IMG/VR virus record: IMGVR_UViG_3300025137_005045
Reading direction: 5' to 3' (one strand)
Length of the DNA stretch: 64,000 nt
DNA from: a virus
Taxonomy: Duplodnaviria; Caudoviricetes
The translations under genes and the position numbers were made by a program. Positions 18,488 to 28,128 of this stretch are shown here, one piece after another; the first letter of the stretch is position 1; every line of letters starts with the position of its first letter. The notes under the pieces were generated by a model that made no database searches, had not been told where the DNA came from, and saw only the letters and a list, made by a program, of their open reading frames with translations.

Positions 18488-19534
18488 ATGAAGGTTACAA
18501 TATGCAATAGTTGGCAACTTGATCCTGTCAGGAATTATGATTCAGACTTTGAGATTAAAAGAATCTACCAGAGCATAATACTTGCTGAGATATTTAAACA
18601 ATATAATCCCGCTGATCGAAAGTTAGATTTATATTTCACTGACAATCAATTCTCAAATCTTCTTTGTTTAGACATAGAAGAACTTAAAGGTATTCTCAAT
18701 GATAAATTTGATGAGATTACCTTTTACAGTGACAATCCATTAGACTGCTGTTCCGGCGAATTTAAATTAATAAAAACACTCGCAATTGAAGCAGATCATC
18801 TCTTTGTAGCAAGTACTGTGGAATCAAAGTTAGAATGCTCCTCCCCAAAATATAAATTTGGATTCTGCATACAACGTCCAGATCAACATAGATTAAGTTT
18901 GTTAGTTGGGCTATCAGATTTAAAAGAGTTAGACTTATTTTCTAAAATTGGCTTTAACGAACACACGTTAAACACCATTGACTATTGGAGACAATCGTGT
19001 GGAGATCAGGTATTAAGGCGTCATGGAATATCATATCTGGACTTTATAAAAAAGTTACAACACTTTAATCAAAGCGATTTAATTGATTTTATGAATCCAA
19101 CTGTTGATGGACACGAGCTGGATAACTTAGCACACAATCAAACTTGTCTTAATTTTTGTTTAGACATAGTGTGCGAATCAGCAGTCAGTGACAAAGTTTT
19201 TATACCAAGCGAAAAAGTATTAAGACCTATGCTGTTAAAACAACCTTTTGTTGTTTATTCTAGTCAATATTTTTACAAAAATTTACACAAATTAGGATTT
19301 AAAACGTTTAGCAGTCTCTGGAATGAAAGCTGGGACGAACTTGATCAACATTCGTTGTTTGACAAAACTAGACAAATAGTTGACACTATAACAGATATTA
19401 ACAGTCGATACACTATAGATCAATTATTTGAGTGTACTAAAGATATTAGAGAACATAACTATCAGAGATGTGTTGATCTATATACCAATGACATTGAATG
19501 GAATAAAGCAATGCGAGAAATCATCAATGGTTGA
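18488..19534 (+). CDS. conserved hypothetical protein, possibly glycosyltransferase-related
   Basis: C-terminal DIVCES...SEKVLRPML...LGFKTF..LWNESWD pattern; function is inferred only. Confidence 0.5.
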   Translation: MKVTICNSWQLDPVRNYDSDFEIKRIYQSIILAEIFKQYNPADRKLDLYFTDNQFSNLLCLDIEELKGILNDKFDEITFYSDNPLDCCSGEFKLIKTLAIEADHLFVASTVESKLECSSPKYKFGFCIQRPDQHRLSLLVGLSDLKELDLFSKIGFNEHTLNTIDYWRQSCGDQVLRRHGISYLDFIKKLQHFNQSDLIDFMNPTVDGHELDNLAHNQTCLNFCLDIVCESAVSDKVFIPSEKVLRPMLLKQPFVVYSSQYFYKNLHKLGFKTFSSLWNESWDELDQHSLFDKTRQIVDTITDINSRYTIDQLFECTKDIREHNYQRCVDLYTNDIEWNKAMREIING

Positions 19535-20309
19535 TGTTTATAAAGATATTATTACAGACGATGATATTGCTAGTCTGCTAGAGTATTTTAGATTAGTTGA
19601 TGATAGAACAGACAGCCGACCTGATGTTGTTAGTAAGCATCCTCATTGGGATAAAGATCATTGGCCGCAGGGCATTATTAAAAGAATACTTAATCAGGTA
19701 CTAGATAAAGAATATCTAGTAGAAGAAGTAATCTTTAATCATTCTAAGATTAGTTTTGGATTACATGCTGATAGCGGAGTACTTGATCAACCTATATATA
19801 AAGCCATATTGATTCCATTGGAAGTGACAGCAAACAGTGGAACAGCATTTTTTAATAATCATTGGTTGTTTCCAAGTGCTAAGTTTACACGTCAAAAATT
19901 TAATCCTTTAGATTATACAGTGTTTGACTGCGACAATAATCCTGTAAAAGTTAATCTTAAAGAATTTTTACAGAATAGAAATTTAAGTTTATTCTCAAAT
20001 TATACAGATGCATACATTAAAAATCTCATCGAGACTCGATTAAACAATACAGGTTATACTAAAACTGATGTTCGAACTAATCAATATGAAAAAATCAAAG
20101 GATACGATCCCAAAAAAACTATAGATCAAAAGGTCTATAACCAACATCTTAATCATATTGTTTATGATGATCTACAGGGACTTAGCCTAGATCAAATCGT
20201 TCCTTGGGTAACCGGAGAAGCTATAGTGTTTGACAGGACACAATTACATTGTGCTACCAGTGGACATACATCTAAGACTGGCATAACGATATTTACTGAT
20301 CTGGTTTAA
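19527..20309 (+). CDS. 2OG-Fe(II) oxygenase-like protein
   Basis: FGLHADS (HxD) and FDRTQLHCA (distal His); ATG 19527 is preferred. Confidence 0.55.
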   Translation: MVDVYKDIITDDDIASLLEYFRLVDDRTDSRPDVVSKHPHWDKDHWPQGIIKRILNQVLDKEYLVEEVIFNHSKISFGLHADSGVLDQPIYKAILIPLEVTANSGTAFFNNHWLFPSAKFTRQKFNPLDYTVFDCDNNPVKVNLKEFLQNRNLSLFSNYTDAYIKNLIETRLNNTGYTKTDVRTNQYEKIKGYDPKKTIDQKVYNQHLNHIVYDDLQGLSLDQIVPWVTGEAIVFDRTQLHCATSGHTSKTGITIFTDLV

Positions 20310-22188
20310 CATTACATTTCCAGTATCTATTTTTTCGTTGATAATGGTATGCTACATGACAAAATTCTTTGTCATCGGTTATTAAATTATCCCAATGATC
20401 AATGACTAAATTATCAGCATCGATACCTAATACTGTGTTAGCTAGGTTACGGTCAACATCTATCTTTATAGGATACTCAACTCTCCAGTCAGCACACAGT
20501 GACAAATTAAGATCAACTAACTCTTTTGCCTTGGGAAACTTAAAAGTCAATTCAACGAATTCTGTAAGTTCTTTTGCTAAATCAGTTCTATTATGGTGAA
20601 ACGCAATACAACTAGCGGATTTATATTCCCAATAAACTCCATCAATGTATGTTCCCCAGAAGCTATTATCATCGAATACATTTTTAATTCCTGATTCAGT
20701 GATGGTATGCTGTTCCCATAACAATCCTTTTCGTTTATTAACTACATAATCCATTAACAATTTAACCACTTCTGTTTGTTTTATATTTTCATGTTTGGCT
20801 AAAGTCTCTATTATGTAATGTCCCCAACCATAGTAATAAAGTAATATCAACCAAAAACTAAACATGTGACCTTCCAGCATGCTGTCAAAAGTAGCAGTAT
20901 TTGTTGAATAGACTGCGTCGACACTTTCCATAATATAACTCTTAACGTCTTTGATCTCTAACCAAAATATGTCAAGTGGAACATTTTTATATTTTAATTT
21001 ATTTTTTTCTATATAATCCGGTTGTGCCATAGGAGAATTGTTAGTGAGCACCAATGGATGGACCATTAAAAAGTCTTTTTGGTCGTAGTCTATTAATTGT
21101 TGTATACTTTCCTGAAGAGTGTCTACTGTTTCATGTGGTAAAGGCCATATAAGTTCACTATATGTTGGAATATTTTCTTCTTGGTACTTTTGTAAATAAT
21201 CTTTAACGACATCGTCCTTGAGGTTAAATCTATTAGTAGCTGTGAGAGTGTCCTTATTAAGGCTTTGCATGGAGAAGGTGATTCCTTTGAATAATCTTGT
21301 GCCAGCTTGTTTGTCTAACATCGCAATTTCATAGATACGTTCACTATTGCTTTTTGCCCAAGTAATGTCCCAAAATTTAGGATACCCGTACTTTAATTTT
21401 GTAGCAATAACATGTTTGGTTATGTCAACATCTCTAGGTAGCATACCCCAATTACTGTCACAAACAGTAACATACTCGATTTTATTTTTTCCCATCCAAG
21501 TAATTTCTTCATAGACACGTTCTAGATCAAACTTAGTGATCTTATTCCAGTAGTCATCTCCTATGTCGCAGAATGAACACTTATAAGGACATCCCCTAAG
21601 TGTTTCAAATGTAACTTGCCAAAATACATCTTCTTTATGTGTATCTTTATATTTTTTAATTATAGTGTCATAAAATCCAGTCAGTATAGGACTAGGTATT
21701 TCGTCTAGTTGTCTTGTACGAGCAGGAGGGGATAATTTATTTTTTCTAGTAACTACATGTGGTATATTCTCATAGTTTCCGGAAGGGTATCTATCTAATA
21801 TATCAGCGAATGCTAATTCACCCTCACCTAAAATAGCTAGATCAAAATACGGATATTTTTTAAAAAATTCTAAATCATATTTGCTGACCTGAGGACCACC
21901 TACTACTATCAAACAGTTAGGGTATTTTTCTTTAATAGCCGAAGCTAATTGTTTGTTATATTCCCAGGTCCAAACATAACAACTCAAAGTTACCACCTTA
22001 GGTTCTTTAAGAGTTGATACTATTTTTTTAATTGGTAACTTTTCAAAAATAACATCTTTGACTTGCCAGTTCTGTTTGATCTTAGCATTTTTCTGAGCAT
22101 AAGTCCATAGATAACTAACAGCCAATGGTAAAAACTTATTTGGACCATAGCTATCAGAAACTTGAATTAAATAGAGGTTATTTTTCAT
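20293..22188 (-). CDS. B12-binding radical SAM protein (paralog of 13939-15891)
   Basis: LPLAVSYLW, VVGGPQ, ILGEGE; ETLRGCPYKCSFC; VCDSNWG. Confidence 0.88.
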   Translation of the reverse strand: MKNNLYLIQVSDSYGPNKFLPLAVSYLWTYAQKNAKIKQNWQVKDVIFEKLPIKKIVSTLKEPKVVTLSCYVWTWEYNKQLASAIKEKYPNCLIVVGGPQVSKYDLEFFKKYPYFDLAILGEGELAFADILDRYPSGNYENIPHVVTRKNKLSPPARTRQLDEIPSPILTGFYDTIIKKYKDTHKEDVFWQVTFETLRGCPYKCSFCDIGDDYWNKITKFDLERVYEEITWMGKNKIEYVTVCDSNWGMLPRDVDITKHVIATKLKYGYPKFWDITWAKSNSERIYEIAMLDKQAGTRLFKGITFSMQSLNKDTLTATNRFNLKDDVVKDYLQKYQEENIPTYSELIWPLPHETVDTLQESIQQLIDYDQKDFLMVHPLVLTNNSPMAQPDYIEKNKLKYKNVPLDIFWLEIKDVKSYIMESVDAVYSTNTATFDSMLEGHMFSFWLILLYYYGWGHYIIETLAKHENIKQTEVVKLLMDYVVNKRKGLLWEQHTITESGIKNVFDDNSFWGTYIDGVYWEYKSASCIAFHHNRTDLAKELTEFVELTFKFPKAKELVDLNLSLCADWRVEYPIKIDVDRNLANTVLGIDADNLVIDHWDNLITDDKEFCHVAYHYQRKNRYWKCNVKPDQ

Positions 22189-23018
22189 TTAAATGTCACT
22201 GTTGATATATGATTAACTGTTGCTTCTTCAGGGCACATTCTACATATTGAGTGAGGTTTTCCAAAGTTGTTAATAAACTTGTTAATGCTACCCAGACCAG
22301 ACTGCGGAGTAATCATAGTATCAGGTTGATCTAAATACGGACTCCAACTTTCATTATTCTGTTGTCCAACTTTATCTAATACGTCGTTGAGTAGCCCCCT
22401 GGTGCTACATTTATATATTATACCATTATATAATAGAGGACACTGTTGCTGGCAACAAGCGTCAAACGCAGTAGATGGATTGGAATTATGCGGTTCCATA
22501 TTGTCGTATGTTCCTTTATAGCTTTTAGTAAAATGTGTAGGTCTATTGATCTGAAATCTAAAAGTACCCGATTTCCATCTATCTATGCCATATTCGGTAA
22601 CAGACTCCCAATCGTATCTCTTAAAAATTTTATCAATGGCCGAATTTATTCTTTGGTCATCAACGTGAACTGTTATTTTAAATACCGAATTCCCAATCTC
22701 TTTCATTAGATCTACTACATCAAAATGTTTTTCAAGTAATAAGCCGTTGGTAGTAAAGCGTACTTGACTATCTGGTAAGAGTTCTCTGGTGCCAGAGATC
22801 CATTCTCGAACTTGAGGATTGATCAACGGTTCTCCACCCATGAGTCCAAAGTCAGAAATATTAATCTTTTTTAACCATTTAGATAGATCTTCTTTACCTT
22901 GTTCCCAGGGAACAAATCCTCCAAATTTTAAATCTGAGTAGTTAGTACACCCAGTGCAACTTAGATTGCATACTTGGGTCAGCATTGTTTCAACAAAGGG
23001 TAAAGTAGGTTTAATCAT
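22185..23018 (-). CDS. radical SAM protein
   Basis: CNLSCTGC, LMGGEPLINP and FTTNGLLL; C-terminal Cys cluster (CCQQQC, CS, ICRMC). Confidence 0.88.
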   Translation of the reverse strand: MIKPTLPFVETMLTQVCNLSCTGCTNYSDLKFGGFVPWEQGKEDLSKWLKKINISDFGLMGGEPLINPQVREWISGTRELLPDSQVRFTTNGLLLEKHFDVVDLMKEIGNSVFKITVHVDDQRINSAIDKIFKRYDWESVTEYGIDRWKSGTFRFQINRPTHFTKSYKGTYDNMEPHNSNPSTAFDACCQQQCPLLYNGIIYKCSTRGLLNDVLDKVGQQNNESWSPYLDQPDTMITPQSGLGSINKFINNFGKPHSICRMCPEEATVNHISTVTFK

Positions 23019-23023
23019 CTAAG

Positions 23024-23068
23024 TATTTAACCAGAATAATTTGACTCTCCAATGAACGATGCTATAAT
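23024..23068. promoter_or_regulatory. divergent promoter pair: late TAAATA (-) and sigma70-type (+)
   Basis: TAAATA on the - strand at 23029-23024; TTGACT(23041)-N16-TATAAT(23063) on the + strand. Confidence 0.7.
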
Positions 23069-23100
23069 TAATAGTAGTATTGTTAACAAGGAGATTCACA

Positions 23101-23358
23101 ATGAGTACAGTATTCAATTCAGACCAACAAGCAAAACTTAAAAATCTTATCAATGAAGGTTTAGGTGTTATGACTGAGGTCGAAACATTACAAGGCGGGC
23201 TAAAAGACACGGTTAGAGCAGTAGCTGAAGAATTAAATGTTAAGCCTAGTATATTAAACAAAGCATTAAGAATAGCATACAAGTCAGAATTTCAACAAGA
23301 GCAACAAGATCATGAAACACTAGAAACTATACTTACTACTGTTGGACGCACTCTTTAG
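23101..23358 (+). CDS. small DNA-binding protein (T4 DsbA/GapR-like)
   Basis: Helical pattern LKDTVRAVAEELNVKPSILNKALRIAYK; RBS aaggag; ATG 23101. Confidence 0.6.
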   Translation: MSTVFNSDQQAKLKNLINEGLGVMTEVETLQGGLKDTVRAVAEELNVKPSILNKALRIAYKSEFQQEQQDHETLETILTTVGRTL

Positions 23359-23440
23359 CAAACAGTAGTTGGTTGGTGGTAACAGGTTTCGCTCACCTAA
23401 GAGCATGTAGAGGTTGATCAGCCATAAGTGATTAGGACAA

Positions 23441-24109
23441 ATGAAAATAAAAAATTGGCAAACATATTGGAAGTCTCATAACCTATGGTTTGATGCACAC
23501 GTCTACGGTGAGTGTTTAATTAACCATAATACCAAACAGTTTTATGTATTAATACCCAAAAATGCAAGCACCTGGCTTAGAGAAAAATTACCAAAGTATA
23601 ATTTTGTTTTAGGAAACTATCACACAGACAATTTATTAGAAAAAAATTACACTCCTGTAATAGTATTGAGAGATCCTGTTAGTAGATGGACAAGTGGAAT
23701 ATCTGAGTTTTTATTACGTCGATCAATAATTTCAATGACATCTTGGAAAGATCATATCACACAACCTTTAATAAATTTAATTTTTGCAAGAATAGCTCTA
23801 GACGAACATACAGAAAGTCAATCAATGTATCTTGAGGGGATTGATACAGAACATGGTATATTCTTTGAACATAATGATGATCTTAACGCTAATATAAGCT
23901 ACCATCTAAAGACACAAGACATTACAAATACATTAGATACAAGTGAAAAGAAATATCAATCTACTGGTATTAAACGAGAAGTTATCAACTATTTTACTAA
24001 TCTTCTGAGACATAATAAACAGTTAAGACAAAAGGTAAACGACTACTGCCAGGTTGACACTGACCTTATTACGAGTGTAAAATACTACAAACAACAAGGA
24101 AATGAATGA
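23441..24109 (+). CDS. sulfotransferase family protein
   Basis: IPKNASTW (PAPS 5'-binding loop) and VLRDPVSRWTSG (3'-binding) motifs. Confidence 0.75.
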   Translation: MKIKNWQTYWKSHNLWFDAHVYGECLINHNTKQFYVLIPKNASTWLREKLPKYNFVLGNYHTDNLLEKNYTPVIVLRDPVSRWTSGISEFLLRRSIISMTSWKDHITQPLINLIFARIALDEHTESQSMYLEGIDTEHGIFFEHNDDLNANISYHLKTQDITNTLDTSEKKYQSTGIKREVINYFTNLLRHNKQLRQKVNDYCQVDTDLITSVKYYKQQGNE

Positions 24110-26763
24110 GTTATATAGACGCATTATTTGATCGCAACGGCGACAAGATACATATCGTAGAAAGAATAGACGGGGAACGTAAGTTTACCGAGTTTCCTGC
24201 TAGTTATGTGTTTTATTATGAAGATCAAAAAGGAAAGCATAAGTCAATTTACGGCACACCAGTGAGTCGCTTTGCTACACGTTCAGCTAAAGAGTTTCAT
24301 AGAGAAGTTAAAATACAAAGTGATAAGAAACTGTTTGAAAGTGATATCAATCCTGTATTCCGTTGTTTAGCAGATAACTATCAAGGTGTTGACGCACCTA
24401 AACTTAATATAGCGTTTTTTGATATTGAGGTTGACTTTGATCCCGAAAAAGGATACAGTCGTCCAGAAGATCCGTTCAATCCAATTACGGCTATATCAAT
24501 ATATCTAGATTGGATGGAGAAAATGGTTACCCTAGCACTACCACCCAAAGGTATGAGTTGGGAAGAAGCACAGACCATTTGTGATAAATTTGACGATACA
24601 TTTTTGTTTGAACGTGAGCAAGATCTATTAGGTACATTCCTAGATCTAATAGAAGATGCTGATATATTATCTGGATGGAACAGCGAAGGATATGATATTC
24701 CTTATTGTATTAATAGGGTAACAAAAGTGTTATCAAAAGATGATACCAGACGTTTTTGTTTATGGAATCAACTGCCTAAGAAGCGTGAGTTTGAACGTTT
24801 TGGTGCTAGCAATTTAACCTTTGATACGATAGGTCGTGTACATATGGATTATATGCAACTGTATCGTAAGTACACATATGAAGAACGTCATTCGTATTCG
24901 TTGGATGCTATTGGTGAACATGAACTACAAGAACGTAAAACAAATTATGAAGGAACATTAGACCAACTGTATAACAATGACTTTGAAACATTCATTGAGT
25001 ACAACAGACAAGATACTCTACTGCTTAAAAAACTAGATGACAAACTTAAATTTATTGACCTAGCCAATGAACTTGCACACGCAAACACAGTGTTACTGCA
25101 AACAACAATGGGTGCTGTGGCTGTTACAGAGAGTGCCATTATCAATGAAGCACATGAACGTGGGCTTGTGGTACCAAACAGAAGAGAACGCTTAACAGGA
25201 GAGGATACACAAGCCGCAGGTGCCTATGTAGCGTTTCCAAAGAAAGGACTACATGATTGGATAGGATCCGTTGATATTAATTCACTATATCCGTCAGCTA
25301 TTCAAGCATTAAATATGGGTAATGAAAGTATTGTCGGACAACTGCAACCTATAATGACTGATCGTTATATCAAAGAGAAAATGGCTAAAGGCAACTCATT
25401 TGCATCAGCATGGGAGGGTTTGTTTGGTAGCTTAGAATACGAAGCGGTTATGGCCAAAGAAGTAGGTACAGAAATAACTGTTGAGTGGGCAAATGGTAAA
25501 GAAGATACATACTCAGCGGCTAATATATGGAAAATGATATTTGATAATAATAATCCTTGGATACTAAGTGCAAATGGCACTATCTTTACATATGAAACTG
25601 AAGCAGTAGTGCCTGGACTGCTAAAACGCTGGTACAAAGAACGTAAAGAATTACAAGCAACAATGAGAGAAACAACTGATCCTAAACAACGAGCATTTTG
25701 GGATAAACGACAGTTGGTTAAAAAGATTAACTTGAACAGTTTGTATGGTGCTATTCTTAATCCTGGTTGTAGATTCTTTGACAAACGTATTGGACAATCA
25801 ACTACGCTAACAGGGCGTGCTATTGCTAAACACATGGACGCACATATCAATGAAGCACTAACAGGCAAGTACGATCACACTGGAGACACAATTATATATG
25901 GTGATACTGATAGTTGTTACTTTAGTGCGTGGCCTGTATTAAAAGATGATATTGAAAGCGGTAAGATGGAATGGAACAAGGAATCTGCAATACAGTTGTA
26001 TGATAAATTGTCAGACTCAGTCAATGAAAGTTTTCCTAACTTTATGAAACAAGCATTTCATGTTCCATCAAGCATGGGTACTATCATTAAAGGTGGTAGA
26101 GAAATTGTAGCCAGTAAAGGATTGTTTATTACTAAAAAACGTTATGCTGTTATGACATATGATGTTGAGGGCAGACGTTTTGATCTTGAAGGTAAACCTG
26201 GAAAGATTAAAGCAATGGGCTTAGATCTTAAACGTTCAGATACTCCAGTAGTAATACAGAACTTCTTAAGTGATGTACTTGAGCAAGTTCTACAAGGTGC
26301 AGATCGTGCAGAGATCATTGAAAAGATATTAAAGTTCAAACATGAATTTAAAGAACGACCAGGTTGGGAAAAAGGTACTCCTAAACGTGTCAACAACTTG
26401 ACCAAGTATACCAAAGAAGAAAAACGACTAGGTAAAGCCAACATGCCAGGGCATGTTAGAGCAGGCATGAACTGGAATACCATGCGTAGAATGAATTCAG
26501 ATAATTATAGTATTAATATTGTTGATGGTATGAAGATTATTGTGTGTAAACTAAAAGCGAACCCAATGGGATGGACTTCAATAGGATATCCTACAGATGA
26601 ACAGCATATACCTAAATGGTTTAAGGAATTGCCATTTGATGACACAGCAATGGAAGAAACAGTTGTTGATCAAAAGGTAGATAATTTATTATCAGTACTG
26701 GACTGGAATCTTTCCGGAGCAACACAAACAGCAAATACATTTAATAACTTATTTGAATTCTAA
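24106..26763 (+). CDS. family B DNA polymerase (T4 gp43-like)
   Basis: Exo motifs FFDIEVD, GWNSEGYD and YNRQD; polymerase motifs DINSLYPS, KINLNSLYG and YGDTDS. Confidence 0.96.
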   Translation: MSYIDALFDRNGDKIHIVERIDGERKFTEFPASYVFYYEDQKGKHKSIYGTPVSRFATRSAKEFHREVKIQSDKKLFESDINPVFRCLADNYQGVDAPKLNIAFFDIEVDFDPEKGYSRPEDPFNPITAISIYLDWMEKMVTLALPPKGMSWEEAQTICDKFDDTFLFEREQDLLGTFLDLIEDADILSGWNSEGYDIPYCINRVTKVLSKDDTRRFCLWNQLPKKREFERFGASNLTFDTIGRVHMDYMQLYRKYTYEERHSYSLDAIGEHELQERKTNYEGTLDQLYNNDFETFIEYNRQDTLLLKKLDDKLKFIDLANELAHANTVLLQTTMGAVAVTESAIINEAHERGLVVPNRRERLTGEDTQAAGAYVAFPKKGLHDWIGSVDINSLYPSAIQALNMGNESIVGQLQPIMTDRYIKEKMAKGNSFASAWEGLFGSLEYEAVMAKEVGTEITVEWANGKEDTYSAANIWKMIFDNNNPWILSANGTIFTYETEAVVPGLLKRWYKERKELQATMRETTDPKQRAFWDKRQLVKKINLNSLYGAILNPGCRFFDKRIGQSTTLTGRAIAKHMDAHINEALTGKYDHTGDTIIYGDTDSCYFSAWPVLKDDIESGKMEWNKESAIQLYDKLSDSVNESFPNFMKQAFHVPSSMGTIIKGGREIVASKGLFITKKRYAVMTYDVEGRRFDLEGKPGKIKAMGLDLKRSDTPVVIQNFLSDVLEQVLQGADRAEIIEKILKFKHEFKERPGWEKGTPKRVNNLTKYTKEEKRLGKANMPGHVRAGMNWNTMRRMNSDNYSINIVDGMKIIVCKLKANPMGWTSIGYPTDEQHIPKWFKELPFDDTAMEETVVDQKVDNLLSVLDWNLSGATQTANTFNNLFEF

Positions 26764-28046
26764 TGAAACTTAGTGAACTAGTTGCGTATAAAACAAGTTT
26801 AGATCAATACGATTTTATTCGTAGCAGTAAAAGTTTGGTTAAGAAAATTAACGAATCGCAAACTGATATAGAGGGAGCCAGGGGAGCAGATAGTAATATT
26901 AGATTTGGCGATGGTGTTTATAAAGAACAACTAGCCAATGACTTAATCATGTTACAAAATCAAATCAATAATCTACAAAATAATTATAGCTACTATAGAG
27001 ATCAAGTTAACAAATTGATATTGGATCAAGAACATGAATACCTCTCTCGTTGTGAAAAAAAATTCGTAAGTCGTGTATTAGGTGAAGACATAAAAGCAAT
27101 ACAAAATAGACGTTTGTCATTAACAAATAATCAAAAGAAACAATTTATATCTAGAATAAATCTTTATGTTGATTGGAGATGGCCCGGACTAATTATTCGT
27201 CCTGAAGATCAAGATATTGTAGAGTCTATGTGTGCTTTTGATCCTTTGTATCTAGCTGACATTTATCAAGAGCTATTGGATCCCTACATTAAGAAATTTA
27301 ATCCTGTGTATCAAAATAGATTACGACCTTATCAACTATCTAAATTTATTCCTAGAAAGAAAACCTTAGATGTACTTCCGCAACAACAGTTTGGCTTTGT
27401 TACAGCATATAACTTAATTGATCATTATCCTCTATATATGATTAAACAGATATTAATTGAAGTAGAAAAATTATTAAAGCCAGGTGGGGTATTTTTGTTT
27501 ACATTTAATAACTGTGATTTAGCTAGAAATATTGCAACATTTGAAAAAGGGCAACGTAGCTATACTCCATGGAGATTACTACAACCTATTATAGAAGACC
27601 TAGGTTTTAAAATAATACAAACACAGACACAAGAACACAACTGGTGTGAAATACGTAAACCTGGAAAATTAAAAAGCATACGTGGAGGACAAGCAATAGC
27701 TAAAATTTTCAATGACATTGATACACCTCGAATTAAAAAATACACTGCTGATGAAAAAGAACGCATTTATCGAGAGGCTATAGACATACGTATTGATAGT
27801 GAAGAAAGGATCAGAGGGGGTGTGTTATCTATAGGCAAGCTAGAACTAGCAATATTGAGAAAGAAGGAACATCAACGTCTTGAAGAGATAAAAAAGACCT
27901 TGGGAGAACGTATATTTTGGTCAGCAAGTAACAAAGGATATCTTAAAGGGCAACATATTAGCTTCAATGGAAAAAACTATATTGCATTGGTCGACATACA
28001 GCCAAAACAAAAGTTTGAGGACAAAGAATGGGAATTGGTAGAATAA
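26763..28046 (+). CDS. class I SAM-methyltransferase-like domain protein
   Basis: FGFVTAYN...LLKPGGVFLFTF motif; C-terminal YLKGQHISFNGKNYIA...W segment. Confidence 0.55.
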   Translation: MKLSELVAYKTSLDQYDFIRSSKSLVKKINESQTDIEGARGADSNIRFGDGVYKEQLANDLIMLQNQINNLQNNYSYYRDQVNKLILDQEHEYLSRCEKKFVSRVLGEDIKAIQNRRLSLTNNQKKQFISRINLYVDWRWPGLIIRPEDQDIVESMCAFDPLYLADIYQELLDPYIKKFNPVYQNRLRPYQLSKFIPRKKTLDVLPQQQFGFVTAYNLIDHYPLYMIKQILIEVEKLLKPGGVFLFTFNNCDLARNIATFEKGQRSYTPWRLLQPIIEDLGFKIIQTQTQEHNWCEIRKPGKLKSIRGGQAIAKIFNDIDTPRIKKYTADEKERIYREAIDIRIDSEERIRGGVLSIGKLELAILRKKEHQRLEEIKKTLGERIFWSASNKGYLKGQHISFNGKNYIALVDIQPKQKFEDKEWELVE

Positions 28047-28061
28047 AAATATCGAATAAGG

Positions 28062-28090
28062 TTGTATACGGTCTAAATATCATGTATACT
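28062..28090 (+). promoter_or_regulatory. sigma70-type promoter with nested TAAATA
   Basis: TTGTAT(28062)-N17-TATACT(28085); TAAATA at 28074-28079. Confidence 0.6.
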
Positions 28091-28128
28091 AGTTATAGCA
28101 ATTTAATTTTTAACATAAGGAACGGAAT

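Noticed and set aside
24106-26763. Intein or intron in the DNA polymerase
   Set aside because: 885 aa with normally spaced motifs; no C...HN splice motifs or LAGLIDADG blocks seen.
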